From NCBI RefSeq assembly GCF_044704955.1, contig NC_091999.1, positions 61,442,001 through 61,506,000 on the forward strand: a DNA stretch of 64,000 nucleotides. Reading direction: 5' to 3'. The notes beneath the pieces are model-generated. The model did not search any database, had not been told where the DNA came from, and saw only the letters and a list, made by a program, of their open reading frames with translations. This document shows positions 36,501-50,600 of this stretch, piece after piece. Source of the stretch: Pristiophorus japonicus (taxonomy: Eukaryota). Position 1 is the first letter of the stretch; each line of letters starts with the position of its first letter. The position numbers and the translations under genes were made by a program.

Positions 36501-37465
36501 ACCTCTTTTTCTAGGCGCCCGACCGTGGCCGCCCGCCTCTTGGTCGACCCTCTCGCGTATTCTTGACAGAAGACGCGGACGTGAGCCTTGCCCACGTCCC
36601 ACCATAGCCTCAAGGAGGGGAAGCCCCCCTGCTTCCTTCTCCAGTCGGTCCAGAATCGACGGAACGAGTCCTGGAACCGCACGTCCTCCAGCAGCCGCTT
36701 GTTAAAATGCCAGTACACGGACCCCGTCCTCGCGCGGAGCGAAGCGAGCTCCGCCCACACCAGGTGGTGGTCCGAACACGGCACCGGCCGCATGGAGGCC
36801 GCCGGGACGCAGGAAACGTACGCCTGAGACACGTAAAGGCGGTCGACTCTGGACCATCCTACTCCAGGCCTCACCCAAGTAAAGGCGCTGGAGTCGGGAC
36901 AGAGATTTCGCCAGACGTCCACCAAGTCGAAGGACCCGAACAGGTCCCTCAACTTCTCCATCGCCGTCATGCTCTGCGGGGCACCGGAGCCGTCCCTCGC
37001 CTCGAGGGTGCAGTTAAAATCCCCCCCGAGGACAATGCAGTCGCCGACGTCGACAGAGCCAAGAAGAGCGGACACCTCTTCGAAGAAGCGCGTTTGCTGC
37101 GGGCCGGGCTGAGGGGCGTACACGTTCACGAGATGGAGTGGCACGTCCCCCAGGCGAACCGTGACATGCAGCAAGCGGCCTGGCACGGGCTCCTCGACCC
37201 CCAAGATCTCCGGCTGAAAATGCGGGGCCAGCAAGATGGCCACCCCACTAGAAGTGGCAGTGAGGTGGCTCATGCGGACCTCTCCTTGCCATTCCAGGAG
37301 CCACGTCGCTTCGTCTCCCGGAACGGTGTGGGTTTCTTGCAGGAAGCACACCGCATATTTCCCCTCCCGCAGGAGCGAAAAATTGTTAAATCTATGGCGT
37401 GCCTCTCTGCCGCCGTTGATGTTGAGGCTGGCTATGGTTATCTTCATGACAAAAGCATAGTGCAA
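33548..37465 (-). CDS. Tx1 copy A ORF2 (APE endonuclease, RT, C-terminal zinc finger) with one premature TAG at 36158-36160
   Basis: SLNING, FLQETH, NVYAP, GGDFNC, SRVDR, SDHH; KNWRPVSLL, DQEKAFDRV, RQGCPMS, AYADD, CNFC...HVFIEC; ORFs 36158-37465 and 33548-36034 are in the same frame. Confidence 0.93.
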
Positions 37466-37477
37466 CCTCTACCTAAC

Positions 37478-39579
37478 CTATTGTGGCGGGGGGGGGGAGT
37501 AGAGTCGTTTGTTGACCTCCACTCCTTCAGCAGCCCAGCGAGGAACTTTTTGAGCCGGCGCAGCTCAAGGCCTTGCGCCTTTAATAAGGGCCCGCCCGCG
37601 GCCATGGTTTTAGCGGCGGCGCGGACGGAAGCGATGAGCAACACCGGCTCGGATCATCTTTCCCGGGCCAGATGGGTTCGGTTGCGGCGACCCCGGCACT
37701 GGACCAAAAAGTCCCGGAGTTCCTCTACGGGAATGACGGGGGTATCAGCGGCGGTCACGAGGAGATCCACCGCCTCACTGGCGATGGCCTCGAGATCTTC
37801 ACCCGCGTCCTCCACCGAGTCCCCGTCCCCCTCCGGGAGGTCGTCGTCAGCAGCCGGCCCGTCGACCGCACGAGGTATGGCAAAAGGCCCGGCCGCTCCA
37901 TCTGGCCCTGGCTCTGCCCCAATCCCAACCCCAGGATCGTCGGCAGAGGAGTCCCCACTGGGCTCTTGTAAAATTGGTACTGGGTCGGGAAGCGACAGCG
38001 GAAGGGGTTCCTCCTCCGCCCCAGGAACCGGGGAACACGGAGAGACCTGGTCAAAGTAATGTTCCAGGTCCACCAAGTACCCCAGCTCCAAAGTAGGGGG
38101 CGAGGGTTGTTGTTCTTCCCCCTCCCCGCCGCCACCCCCCGGCCCAGTGTGTACAGAATCGTTAAAATTAATCCATTTTCAGTTTCTTCCGGGCCGAGCG
38201 ACTCTAGGAGGCAGATAATTAATAGCTGGGCGGGCTCAGGTTCGGCCTGTTCGGCCCCGCCTGCCTCAGTCCCGGGGACGCTCGGCCCGGCGGCTACGCA
38301 TTCCACCGCTGGCCCCACGCCCCCCACGACAGGCAGATCATTCACGCCATCCCCGGGAGGCAGAGGCCGGGCAGCCTCGACTGCCCCTCCCTCCCCGGGG
38401 ACAGATTCCTCTCGCCTACGGCGCAATTTGGGGGCGCTGGTGGGGGACGCGGGACACGCGGCGGGCACCGACTCCTCCGCGGAGGGATGTTGTTCCCCCT
38501 CCGCCTCATTGGAGCGGCGCCTCCTTTTGTTCCTGGGAGGGCGTGGAGGCAGGGAGACCTCTATGTCTGCCGAGGCCTCCCGCTCCACCCCCCCTTTTTC
38601 TTTTCTTGCCCGCGCCCGAGCGCCTCTGTGATACTGGTCAAGGGCTCAGGCACGGGCTCAGGGCACCCCGCGCTCGCCGGGACGGGGTTGGCCCGAGCGC
38701 GGTAAACAGATTGTCTGGCGCACTGAGGGGACCCGCCTCTAGATGTTTCATCTTCTTCCGCGCCTTCTTTCCGCTCGGACGCTCTCCCTCCCCCCCGCCG
38801 GAGGCCCTGAAAACAAAGGCCTCCGACGATTCCCGCGCACCTACGGCTCCCGGCACGTGGACGCTACTCGGGGGAGGGGTGGCGGCGGCGCCAGCCTTGG
38901 CCACCCTCGGTGGTTTGGCGGCCTTGGAGGCGGGGCAGTTCTTGCGAACGTGTCCCACCTCCCTACAGGCATGGCACCGCACGCCGTCCGACGTCCAGAA
39001 GACGCGGTAGGCAGTCCCCTCGTGCACCACATTAAAACTTCCCTCCGTCGTCTCCTCCCGCGCCAGCCGGACAAAGAGCTGGCGGCGGAAGGAGAACACG
39101 TGGCGCAGGCTGCTCTCCCTGAGGCCGAGCGGTATGGGGTTGATCCCTGACCTTACCTCCCCCAGTTGGTGTAGGTGAGGGAGGAGGAGCTCAGCGGAAA
39201 CAAAGGGCGGGACGTTTGACACGATGACCCTCTGCGCGGTGGCCTCGAGAGGGTGCACCGGCAGGAACGTCCCGCCTACCGTGAGCCCCTTTTCAAGGGC
39301 CAGGGACACCGGTCGCTCCGACCCCAGGAAGAACACAGCCTTCCCAGACACCTTGGAGGCCGCAACAATGGCCGAGTGGCCGACTACCCCAGCCATCGCC
39401 CGCACGCACTCCTCAATGCTCATTGTGGGGTGAGTGTAGCTCTTGACCCCGTGTTTCTTAGTTATAAGTCTGAATGGTGGCAGGGCAGCAGGAGGCACAG
39501 GAGGTGCTGTGGAAGCGGTTGCCACCTGCGCATATGTCCTCGCTGGCCCTGCCACCGGCGTGGATGGGGTCGCCATCAC
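37478..39579 (-). pseudogene. Tx1 copy A ORF1 (RRM-like, CCHC knuckle, P/A/E-rich tail), frameshifted
   Basis: VIVSNVPPF, VFSFRRQLF, CHACREVGHVRKNC; C-terminal ELRRLKKFL. Confidence 0.88.
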
Positions 39580-40527
39580 AGGGTCCCTTTAAGGCCTACA
39601 CCCACCCCAAAGTCACAGGCCTTAATGGTCTTAAATGGCCTCGTTTAAGTATATGAACAGAGGGAGCTCTGAAAGAGGCACACCTCTCCCCTAGTTGGCA
39701 ATTGGGGAGGGGCCTTGCTCCCTCTGCTCAGTTGTCTTAATTGTTCTTGTTTTTGTTCACTTGTGAGGAAAGGGCTCTCAGAGAGAGAGGGGAGAGACAG
39801 AGAAAGAGTGAAAGAGTCAGGCGGGGTGGGAAAGAGGGAAGCTGCGAGGGCTGATCTCCCCTCACAGCGATGGGTGGGCGCACTCCCCAGATGTCAAACA
39901 AAACAGTCCTTGGGGTGGTCTTCGGGTGGGTGGAGAAGGTGTCTTCACCTGGGGCAGCTGGAGCCACATAGATACACACTCCCAACGATGTTATTTAGGG
40001 TGATTGAGTTTCTTCAGCCAGGTAGCTCCAGCTATCCCAGGCTAGGCAATGGGGAGGGGTGCTTCAGTGGTGTGTGGGCCTAGCTGTAGGCAAGACCCCC
40101 ACACACACTTCAACACACACACACACACACACACACCCCGCGATGTTCCGGCCCTCGATTGGTCTTCTTTCCTCCCCCCCACCGATACAACAAAGTCTTT
40201 TTGGGGAATGCACCAAAATACACCCAACTCTGGTTGAAGAAGTCTTTCCCTCCTTCCACACTGGTAAGTTGTTGTTCTTTTTTTTCCCCTCTCTCGAACT
40301 CTTCGTAGGGATAATAATGGTGTTGCAGTCTTCTGCTCTCCTCCTCTCACTCTGGATAAATGGTAATGAAGCTCTTTCCTTCCTCCTCCTATTCCTGGTC
40401 TGTTCTCAGGGCTCAGTCAAGGCCTCCCAGACAGGAGCAAAGCAGGGAGTTCCTTCTCTCTCAGCAGCACAGCTCCAAGTGAAGAGGCCACGCCTCCAAA
40501 GCTCCACCATTGGTCCTTGTGCATCAA

Positions 40528-43500
40528 ACTCTTTTAGGAGTAAACAAAAGACTTAAACCGTGCACCCGATCTGTGGGAAACACCAACATTTACAAGTCCC
40601 TTTTTTTAATTTTAGTTTTTTTTTTTGGGGCACAGAATCAATTTTTTTTCCAAGTGCCCCCTATAAAAGGGAAGGGGGACACTAAAAGCACCGGCAATTA
40701 AAACAAATTAACTTAAAAATATAAAATCAAGTTAAAATTTGGTTGCCGGGCGTGATGATGCACTCCAGTCCCTCCGGTGCCCACCTCTCGCGGAAGGCCG
40801 CGAGCGTACCGGTGGACACCGCGTGCTCCATCTCCAAGGAGACCCTGGACCGTATGTATGCGCAGAAGAGAGGCAGGCAGTCTGGCTGAACGAACCCCTC
40901 GAACGCCTGCTGCCTGGACCGGCTGATGGCCCCCTTGGCCGTGCCCAGGAGCAGTCCTACGAGAAGGCCCTCGGACCTACCCGCTCCCCTCCGCACAGGG
41001 TGCCAGAAGATCAGGAGTGTGGGACTGAAGTGCAGCCAGAATTTCAGGAGCAGCCCCTTTAAATAGCAAAACAGGGGCTGCAACCTCGTGCACTCAATAA
41101 AAACATGGAACACGGACTGTTCCAGACCACAGAAATTACAGGCGGCCTGGGAGCCCGTGAACCGGCTTAAAAATTTATTGCACGGCACTGCTCCGTGCAC
41201 CACCCTCCAGGCCAAGTCCCTGACAAATAGTGGGAGGGCCCCTGCATAGAGTGCACTCCATCGAGGACCCCCGCCTCCTCCGGACGGCAAGATGGTACGC
41301 CATGGCGTGTAAGGACGGCAGGCGAGGATGACAAAGTTGAGAGTGTGCAGGAGCAGCCCGTACAGGAAACCCCTCCGCGCGGAACTGAAAGGCACGGAGG
41401 GGATTTCCCCGAGGCGGCTCAAGTTGTGAGGCGCCTGCTCCCGAGGGAGGTTCCGGGGTTTGGCGCCAATGAGGAATTCCGTCCAGACGGGGGTCAGTTC
41501 AGACGTGATCTCCCCGCATGCTTGAGCCTCCTCGATGCACCTAACGGAGTCGGGGCCCAGAGCTGTTTTAGCGACTCGATGGCATCGGCCGCGTGGCGGG
41601 CGTTGGCAGAATTTAAGCGCAGCGCCAGCGTGTCTGGCGCCATCCAGCCCGCTCCTCCGCAATCGAGCAGGTCCCTGACCCTGGTCACCTCACCAGCCAC
41701 AGCCCTCTCTTCCGACCGCCACATAAAACCTCGGCCGTGGAGGTACGGATTCCCGAGCAGCGGTTCCTGCAGGACGGCCGACACTCCAGCCGGCGGAGAG
41801 CTGCGCTTGGTGGAGACTTTGTTCCAGACCCTGATGAGTTCCTTGTAAAAGACAGGCAGCTCCCGGCGGACTGTCCTGACGCCCCCCACACTCACAAACA
41901 GGAGCTGCGTGTCGTAGTTGAGGCTATGCTGCTCGCGGAAGAAATACCTCGCCAGAGCACACCACCTAGGAGGGGGCTCGACCTAAAGGCATCTCTGCAG
42001 GGTCTGAAGATGGAATGTCGCGAGCTGGGCGCTGACGCACAGCAATGACTGACCGCCCTCCTCAAGCGGGAGACTCAAGACCGCGGCAGAGACCCAGTGC
42101 TTCCTGTTGTTCCAGAAGAAGTCCACCAGCTTCTTCTGTATCTTGGCGACAAACGCAGGGGCAGGGGTCAAAGTGACCAGCAGGTACCACAGCATTGCGG
42201 CCACCAGCTGGTGTATGATTAGCGCTCGACCCCTGTAGGACAGCACTCGGAGCAGTCCTGTCCAGCGCCCTAGGCGAGCGGCGACCTTGGCCTCCAGCTC
42301 CTGCCAGTTCGCCGGCCAGGCTCCCTCGTCGGGGCTAAGGTAGACTCCCAGATAGAGGAGATGGGTCGTGCTCCAGGCAAAAGGCCTGAGCTCCTCCGGC
42401 AGGGAGTCCACCCGCCACTGACCCACCAGGAGTTTGGAACATTTCTCCCAGTTGATTCTGGCGGAGGACGCGGCCGAGTAAATCTCCTGGCACTCACGCA
42501 TCCTCCGCAGGTCAGCGGGATCCTCTACCGCGAGGAGCACGTCGTCGGCGTAAGCCGAGAGGACGACTTCCACGCCAGGCCCTTGCAGAGCCAGTCCCGT
42601 CAACCTCGTCCGCAAGAGGCGCAGGAAAGGCTCCAGGCAGACGGCGTATAACTGGCCAGACATGGGGCATCCCTGGCGCACCCCTCTCCTAAAGCGAAGG
42701 GGCGCCGTCAAGGACCCATTAACCTTAATCAGACACTCCACAGCGGCGTACAAAAGTCGGATCCGGGCGACAAAATGCGTCCCGAAGCCGGAAGCGCGCA
42801 GAGTTCCGAGCAGATAGTCGTGATCCACCCTGTCGAACGCCTTCTCTTGGTCGAGGGATAGGAAGGCTACCGACAGACCAGCCTCCTGGAAATGATGGAT
42901 GAGGTCCCGGACCAGATGGATGTTATCGTGGATTGTCCGGCCCGGGACCGTGTAGGACTGGTCGGGGTGGATCATGTTGTCCAGCACGGCACCAAGGCGA
43001 GCAGACATCGCCCTGGCAAAGATTTTGTAGTCCGTGCTGAGGAGGGAGACCGGGCGCCAGTTTTTAAGGAGGCGGAGATCGCCCTTCTTAGGCAGCAGGA
43101 CGATGACTGCTCTGCGCCAAGAGAGGGGCATCTCCCCGTCGCCAGACTTTCCCCCAGGACCCGCGCGTAGTCGCCCCCCAGGACGTCCCAGAACACCCTG
43201 TGGAACTCCACGGTCAGCCCGTCCAGCCCCGGGGATATTCCCCTCGAGAGCCGGTTGAGGGCACCGGTCAGCTCCGCCAGGCTTAGCGGAGCTTGCAGAT
43301 TTTCTGCGCCCTCCGGGCTGACCTTCGGCAGGTCCTCCCACAAAACTCTATGTACTTCCTCGCTGGACGGATCCGGAGAGAACAGAGCCCCGTAATATTC
43401 ACGGGCCCTGTTGTTGACGCCCTCCGGATCCGAGAGAGAGAGCCGTCGTCGGCCAGCAGCGTCAAGCGCTGCTTACGGACACTCTGCCTTTTTTCCAGTG

Positions 43501-46500
43501 AGTAGAAGAAAGGCGGAGCCACGGTCCAGCTCCCGCAGGAATTGGATCCGCGACCTCACGAACGTGCCTCGGGACCCGACGAGCTGCAGATCCTTCAGCG
43601 CGGCCGTCTTCGCTTCGTACACCATCCGCAGGGCCGGGTCCTGGACGACTTGACCGAGACGGGACTCCAGTTCGAGCACCTCTTTTTCTAGGCACCCGAC
43701 CCTGGCCGCCCGCCTCTTGGTCGACCCCCTCGCGTACTCTTGACAGAAGACGCGGATGTGAGCCTTGCCCACGTCCCACCATAGCCTCAAGGAGGGGAAG
43801 CCACCCTGCTTCCTTCTCCTGTCGGCCCAGAAACGATGGAACGAGTCCTGGAACCCTACGTCCTCCAGCAGCTGGTTGATAAAATACCACTATGCGGACC
43901 CCGTTCTCGTGCGGAGCGAAGCGAGCTCCGCCCACACCAGGTGGTGGTCCGAACACGGCACCGGCCGCTTGGAGGCCGCCAGGACGCAGGAAACGTATGC
44001 CCGAGACACGTAAACGCGGTCGACTGTGGACCATCCTACTCCAGGCCTCACCCAAGTAAAGGCGCTGGAGTCGGGATGGAGATTTCGCCAGACGTCCACC
44101 AAGTCGAAGGACCCGACCAGGTCCCTCAACTTCTCCATCACCGTCATGCTCTGCGGGGCACTGGAGCGGTCCCTCGCCTCGAGGGTGCAGTTAAAATCCC
44201 CCCCCGAGGATAATGCAGTCGCCGACGTCGACGGAGCCAAGAAGAGCGAACACTTCTTCGAAGAAGCGCACTTGCTGCGGGCCGGGCTGACGGGCGTACA
44301 CGTTCACGAGATGGAGTGGCACGTCCCCCAGGCGAACCGTTACGTGCAGCAAGCGGCCTGGAACGGGATCCACGACCCCCAAGATCTCCGGCTGAAAATG
44401 CGGGGCCAACAAGATGGCCACCCCACTAGAAGTGGTAGTGAGGTGCCTCATGCGGACCTCTCCTTGCCATTCCAGGAGCCACGTGGCTTCATCTCCCGGA
44501 ACGGTGTAGGTTTCTTGCAGGAAGCACACCGCATATTTCCCCTCCCGCAGGAGCGAAAAATTGTCAAATCTACGGCGTGCCTCTCTGCCGCCGTTGATGT
44601 TGAGGCTGGCTATGATTATCTTCATGACTAGAGCATAGTGCAACCTCTACCTAACCTATTGTGGGGGCGGGGAGTGGAGTCGTTTGTTGATCTCCACTCC
44701 TTCAGCAGCCCAGCGAGGAACTTTTTGAGCCGGCGCAGCTCAAGGCCTTGCGCCTTTGATAAGGGCCCGCCCGCGGCCATGGTTTTAGCTGCGGTGCGGA
44801 CGGAAGCAACGAGCAACACTGGCTCAGACCATCTTTCCCGGGCCAGACGGGCTTGATCGCGGCGACCCCGGCACTGGACCAAAAAGTCCCGGAGTTCCTT
44901 TACAGGAATGAGGAGGGTCTCAGCGGCGGCCGCGAGCAGATCCACCGCCTCACTGGCGATGGTCTCTAGATCTTCTCCTGCGTCCCCCACCGAGTCCCCG
45001 TCAACCTCCGGGAGGTTGCCGCTATCAGCCGGCCCGTCGACCGCACGAGATACGGCAAACGGCCCGGCCGCTCCATTTGGCCCTGGCTCTGCTCCGATCC
45101 CACCCCCAGGATCGTCAGCAGAGGTGTCCCCACTGGGCTCTTCTAAAATTGGTGCTGGGTCGGGAAGCTTCAGCGGAAGGGGTTCCTCCTCCGCCCCAGG
45201 ATCCGGGGAACATGGAGAGACCTGGTTTAGGAAATTCTCCAGGTCCATCAAGTCCCTCAGCTCCAAAGTAGGGGGCGAGCTTTGTTGTTCTCTACCCTCC
45301 CCACCGCCAACCCCGGCCCAGCGTGTGGATGTATATTACAGTTGTCTGCAGTGTCAGTTTCTGCCGAGTCGAGCAAATCCCGGGGGAAGTTGGGTATTGG
45401 CTGGGCGGGCTCAGGTTTGGCCTTTTCGGCCCCGCCCGCCTCAGTCCCCGAGACGCTCGACCCAGCGGCCACACATTCTTCCACGGTCCCCACGCCCCTC
45501 ACGACAGGCAGATCTTTCACGCCATCCCCGGGAGGCAGCGGCTGGGCAGCCTCGAATGTCTCACCCTCCCCGGGGACAGACTCCTCTCGCCTACAGCGCA
45601 GCTTGGGGGCGCTGGTGGGGGACGCGGGACACGCGGCGGGCACCGCCTCCTCCGCGGAGGGATGTTGTTCCCCCTCCGCCTCATTGGAGCGGCGCCTCCT
45701 TTTGTTCCTGGGAGTGAGCGGAGGCAAGGAGACCCCCATGTCTGCCAAGGCCTCCTGCTCCACTCCCCCCTTTTCCTTATCATGCCCGCGCCCGAACCCC
45801 TCTGCGGTATTGATCGAGGGCTCGGGCACGGGCTCAGGGCACCCCGCGCTCGCCGGTGACGGGGTTGGGCTGAGCGCGATAAACAGATTATCTGGCGCAC
45901 CGAAGGGACCCGGCTCGAGATGTTTCGTCTTCTTCCGCGCCTTCCTTCCGGCCGGACGCTCTCCCTCCCCCCCGCCGGATGCCGTGAAAACAAAGGCCCC
46001 CGACGATGCCCGCGCACCGACGGCTTCCGGCACGCGAACGCAACTAGGGGGAGGGGTGGTGGCGGCGCCAGCCTTGGCCGCCTTCGGTGGTTTGGCGGCT
46101 TTGGAGGCGGGGCAGTTCTTGCGAACGTGCCCCACCTCCCTACAGGCATGGCAACGCACGCCGTCCGACGTCCAGAAGACGCGGTAGGCAGTCCCCTCGT
46201 GCACCACATTAAAATTGCCCTCTGTTGTCTCCTCCCGCGGCAGCCGGACAAAGAGCTGGCGGCGGAAGGAGAACACATGGCGCAGGCTGTTCTCCCTGAG
46301 GCCGAGCGGTATGGGGTTGATCCCCGACCTTACCTCCCCCAGTTGGTGTAGGTGAGGGAGGAGGAGCTCAGCGGGAACAAAGGGCGGGACGTTCGATAGA
46401 ATGACCCTCTTTGCGGTGGCCTCGAGAGGGTCCACCGGCAGGAACGTCCTGCCCACCGTGAGCCCCTTTTCGACGGCCAGGGACACCGCCCGCTCCGACG

Positions 46501-47663
46501 CCAGGAAGAACACGGCCTTCCCAGACATCTTGGAGGCTGCGACAATGGTCGAGGTGCCGACTACCCCAGCCATCGCACGCACGCACTGCTCGATGCTCAT
46601 TGTGGGGTGAGTGTAGCTCTTGACCCCGTGTTTTTTAGTTATCAGTCTGAATGGTGGCAGGCAGCAGGAGACGCAGGAGGTGCCGTGGAAGCGCTTGCCA
46701 CCTGCGCATATGGCCTAGCTGGCCCTGCCACCGGCGTGGATGCGGTCGCCATCACGGGGTACCTTTAACGGCTACACCCACCCCAAAGTCACAGGCCTTA
46801 ATGGTCTTAAATGGCCTCGTTTAAATATTTGAACAGAGGGAGCTCTGAAAGAGGCACACCTCTCCCCTAGTTGGCAATTGGGGAGGGGCCTTGCTCCCTC
46901 TGCTCAGTTGTCTTAATTGTTTGTTTTTTTTTAATTAGGAGGAAAGGGCTCTCAGAGAGAGAGGGGAGAGACAGAGAGAGAGATAGAGTGAGGGGGTGTG
47001 GGAAAGAGGGAATCTGCGAGCGCAGGTCTCCCCTCACAGCGGTGGGTGGGTGCACTCCCAGATGTCAAACAAAACAGTCTTTGGGGTGGTCTTCGGGTGG
47101 GTGGAGAAGATGTCTTCACCTGGGGCAGCTGGAGCCACACAGGTACACACTCCCAACCATGTTAATTAGGGTGATTGAGTTTCTTCAGCCTGGTAGCTCC
47201 ATCTATCCCAGGCTAGGCAATGGGGGAGGGGTGCTTCAGTGGAGTGTGGGCCTAGCTGTAGGCAAGACCCCCACACACACTTCCACACACACACACACAC
47301 CCTCCGCGATGTTCCGGCCCTCGATAGGTCTTCTTTCCTCCCCCCACCGATACAACAAAGTCTATTGGGGAATGCACCAAAACACACCCACATCTGGTTG
47401 AAGAAGTCTTTCCCTCCTTCCACACAGTTGTTTTTTCCCCCTTTCTCCAAATCTTTGTAGAATTAATCAAGTTGTTGCAGTCTTCAGCTCTCCTCCTATC
47501 CCTCTGGAAGAATGGTAATATAGCCCCTTCCTTCCTCCTCCTATTCCTGGGCTGGTCTCAGGGCTCACTCAAGGCCTCCCAGACAGGAGCAAAGCAGGGA
47601 GTTCCTTCTCTCTCAGCAGCACAGCTCCAAGTGAATAGGCCACGCCTCCAAAGCGCCACCATT
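40528..47663 (-). mobile_element. Tx1 copy B (full-length; ORF1 ~44655-46753 and ORF2 40727-44643, both frameshifted)
   Basis: Same motifs as copy A, split over several frames; followed by gttccttgtgcataa at 47664-47678. Confidence 0.95.
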
Positions 47664-47678
47664 GTTCCTTGTGCATAA

Positions 47679-50600
47679 ACTCCTTTAGGAGTAAACAAAA
47701 AACATTAAACCGTGCCCCCGATCTGGGGGAAACGCCAACATTTACAACGTCCTTTTTTTTTTGGGCACAGAATTGAATTTTTATCCAAGTGCCCCCTACA
47801 AAAGGGGAGGGGGACACGAAAAGCACCGGCAATTAAACACCTAAAGTCAAATTAAAATTTGGTTGCCGGGCGTGATGATGCACTCCAGTCCCTCCGGTGC
47901 CCACCTCTCGTGGAAGGCCGCGAGCGTACCGGTGGACACCGCGTGCTCCATCTCCAAGGACAGCTTGGACTGGATGTAAGAGCGGAAGAGAGGCAGGCAG
48001 TCTGGCTGAACGACCCCCACGACCGCCCGCTGCCTGGACCGGCTGATGGCCCCCTTGGCCGTGCCCAGGAGCCGTCCTACGAGGAGGCCCTCGGACCTAC
48101 CCGCTCCCCTCCGCACAGGGTGCCCGAAGATCAGGAGTGTGGGACTGAAGTGCAGCCAGAATTTCAGGAGCAGCCCCTTTAAATAACAAAATAGGGGCTG
48201 CAACCTCGTGCACTCAATAAAAACATGGAACACGGACTCTTCTAGACCGCAGAAATTACAGGCGGCCTGGGAGCCCGTGAACCGGCTTAATAATTTATTG
48301 CACGGGACTGCTCCGTGCACCACCCTCCAGGCCAAGTCCCCGATAAATACTGGGAGGACGCCTGCGTAGAGTGCCCTCCATCGGTGACCCCCGCCTCTTC
48401 CGGACGGCAAGATGGTACGCCATGGCGTGTCCGGACGGCAGGCGAGGTTGGCAAAGTTGAGAGTGTGCAGGAGCAGCCCGTACAGGAAACCCCTCCGCGC
48501 GGAACTGAAAGGCACGGATGGGATTTCCCCGAGGCGGCTCAAGTTGTGAGGCGCCGGCCCCCGAGGGAGGTTCCGGGGTTTGGCGCCAATGAGGAATTCT
48601 GTCCGGACGGGGGTCAGTTCGGACGGGATCTCCCCACGTGCTTGAGCCTCCTCGACGCACCAAACGGAGTCGGGGACCAGAGCTGTTTTTAGCGACTCGA
48701 TGGCATCGGCCGCGTGGCGGACGTTGGCAGAATTTAGGCGCCGCGCCAGCGTGTCTGGCGCCATCCAGCCCGCTCCTCCGCCATCGAGCAGGTCCCTGAC
48801 TCTGGTCACCTCACCAGCCACAGCCCTCTCATCCGACCGCCACAAAAAACCTCAGTCGTGGAGGTACGGATTCCCGAGCAGCGGTTCCTGCAGGACGGCC
48901 GCCACTCCAGCCGGCGGAGAGCTGCGCTTGGTGGAGACTTTGTTCCAGACCCTGATGAGTTCCTTGTAAAAGACAGGCAGCTCCCGGAGGGCGGTCCTGA
49001 CGCCCCCACACTCACAAACAGGAGCTGCATGTTGTTGTTGAGGCCGTCCTGCTGGCGAAATAAATACATTGCCAGAGCACGCCACCTAGGAGGAGGCTCG
49101 ACGTAAAGATATCTCTGCAGGGTCTGAAATGGAAAGTCGCGAGCTGGGCGCTGACGCACAACAACGACTGACCACCCTCCCCAAGCGGGAGACTCAAGAC
49201 CGCGGCAGAGATCCAGTGCTTCCTGTTGTTGCAGAAGTCCACCAGCTTCTTCTGTATCTTGGCGACAAACGCAGGGGGAGGGCTCAAAGTGACCAGCCGC
49301 TACCACAGCATAGCGGCCACCAGCTGGTTTATGACTAGAGCTCAACCCCTGTAGGACAGCACTTGGAGCAGTCCTGTCCAGCGGCCTAGGCGAGCGGCGA
49401 CCTTGGCCTCCAGCTCCTGCCAGTTCGCCACCCACACTTCCTCGTCGGGGCTAAGGTAGACTCCCAGATAGAGGAGATGGGTCGTGCTCCAGGCAAAAAG
49501 CCTGAGCTCCTCCGGCAGGGAGTCCACCCGCCACTGACCCACCAGGAGTCCGGAACATTTCTCCCAATTGATTCTGGCGGAGGACGCGGTCGAGTAAATC
49601 TCCTGGCACTCACACATCCTCCGCAGGTCAGCGGGATCCTCTACCGCGAGGAGCACGTCATCGGCGTAAGCCGAGAGGACGACTTCCACGCCCGGCCCTT
49701 GCAGAGCCAGTCCCGTCAACCTCGTCCACAAGAGGCGCAGGAAAGGCTCCACCGCATATTTCCCCTCCCGCAGGAGCGAAAAATTGTCAAATCTACGGCG
49801 TGCCTGTCTGCCGCCGTTGATGTTGAGGCTGGCTATGGTTATCTTCATGACTAGAGCATAGTGCAACCTCTACCTAACCTATTGTGGGGGGGGAGTGGAG
49901 TCGTTTGTTGACCTCCACTCCTTCAGCAGCCCAGCGAGGAACTTTTTGAGCCGGCGCAGCTCAAGGTATTGCGCCTTTGATAAGGGCCCGCCCGCGGCCA
50001 TGGTTTTAGCTGCGGTGCGGACGGAAGCGACGAGCAGCCCCGGCTCGGACCATCTTTCCCGGGCCAGACGGGCTTGGTCGCGGCGACCCCGGCACTGGAC
50101 CAAAAAGTCCCGGAGTTCCTTTACAGGAATGAGGAGGGTCTCAGCGGCGGCCGCGAGCAGATCCACCGCCTCACTGGCGATGGTCTCTAGATCTTCTCCT
50201 GCGTCCCCCACCGAGTCTCCGTCCCCCTCCGGGAGGTCGCCGCCAGCAGCCGGCCCATCGACCGCACGAGGTACGGCAAACCGCCCGGCCGCTCCATCTG
50301 GCCCTGGCTCTGCCCCGATCCCACCCCCACGATCGTCGGCAGAGGAGTCCCCACTGAGCATTTTTAAAAGTGGTGCTGGGTCGGGAAGCGACAGCGGAAG
50401 GGGTTCCTCCTCCGCCCCAGGAGCCGGGGAACACGGAGAGACCTGGTTTAGGAAATTCTCCAGGTCCACCAAGTATCCCAGCTCCAAAGTATGGGGCGAG
50501 GGTTGTTGTTCTTCCCCCTCCCCGCCGCCTCCCCCCGGCCCAGCGTGTGGATGCATATTACAGTTGTCTGCAGTGTCAGCTTCTGCCGAGTCGAGCAAAT

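Larger units (their letters stand above)
33368..40511 (-). mobile_element. Tx1-clade non-LTR retrotransposon, copy A (full-length, ~7.1 kb)
   Basis: 5' UTR, ORF1, APE-RT-CCHC ORF2 and 3' UTR; flanked by GGTCCTTGTGCATG/CAA at 33352-33367 and 40512-40527. Confidence 0.95.
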
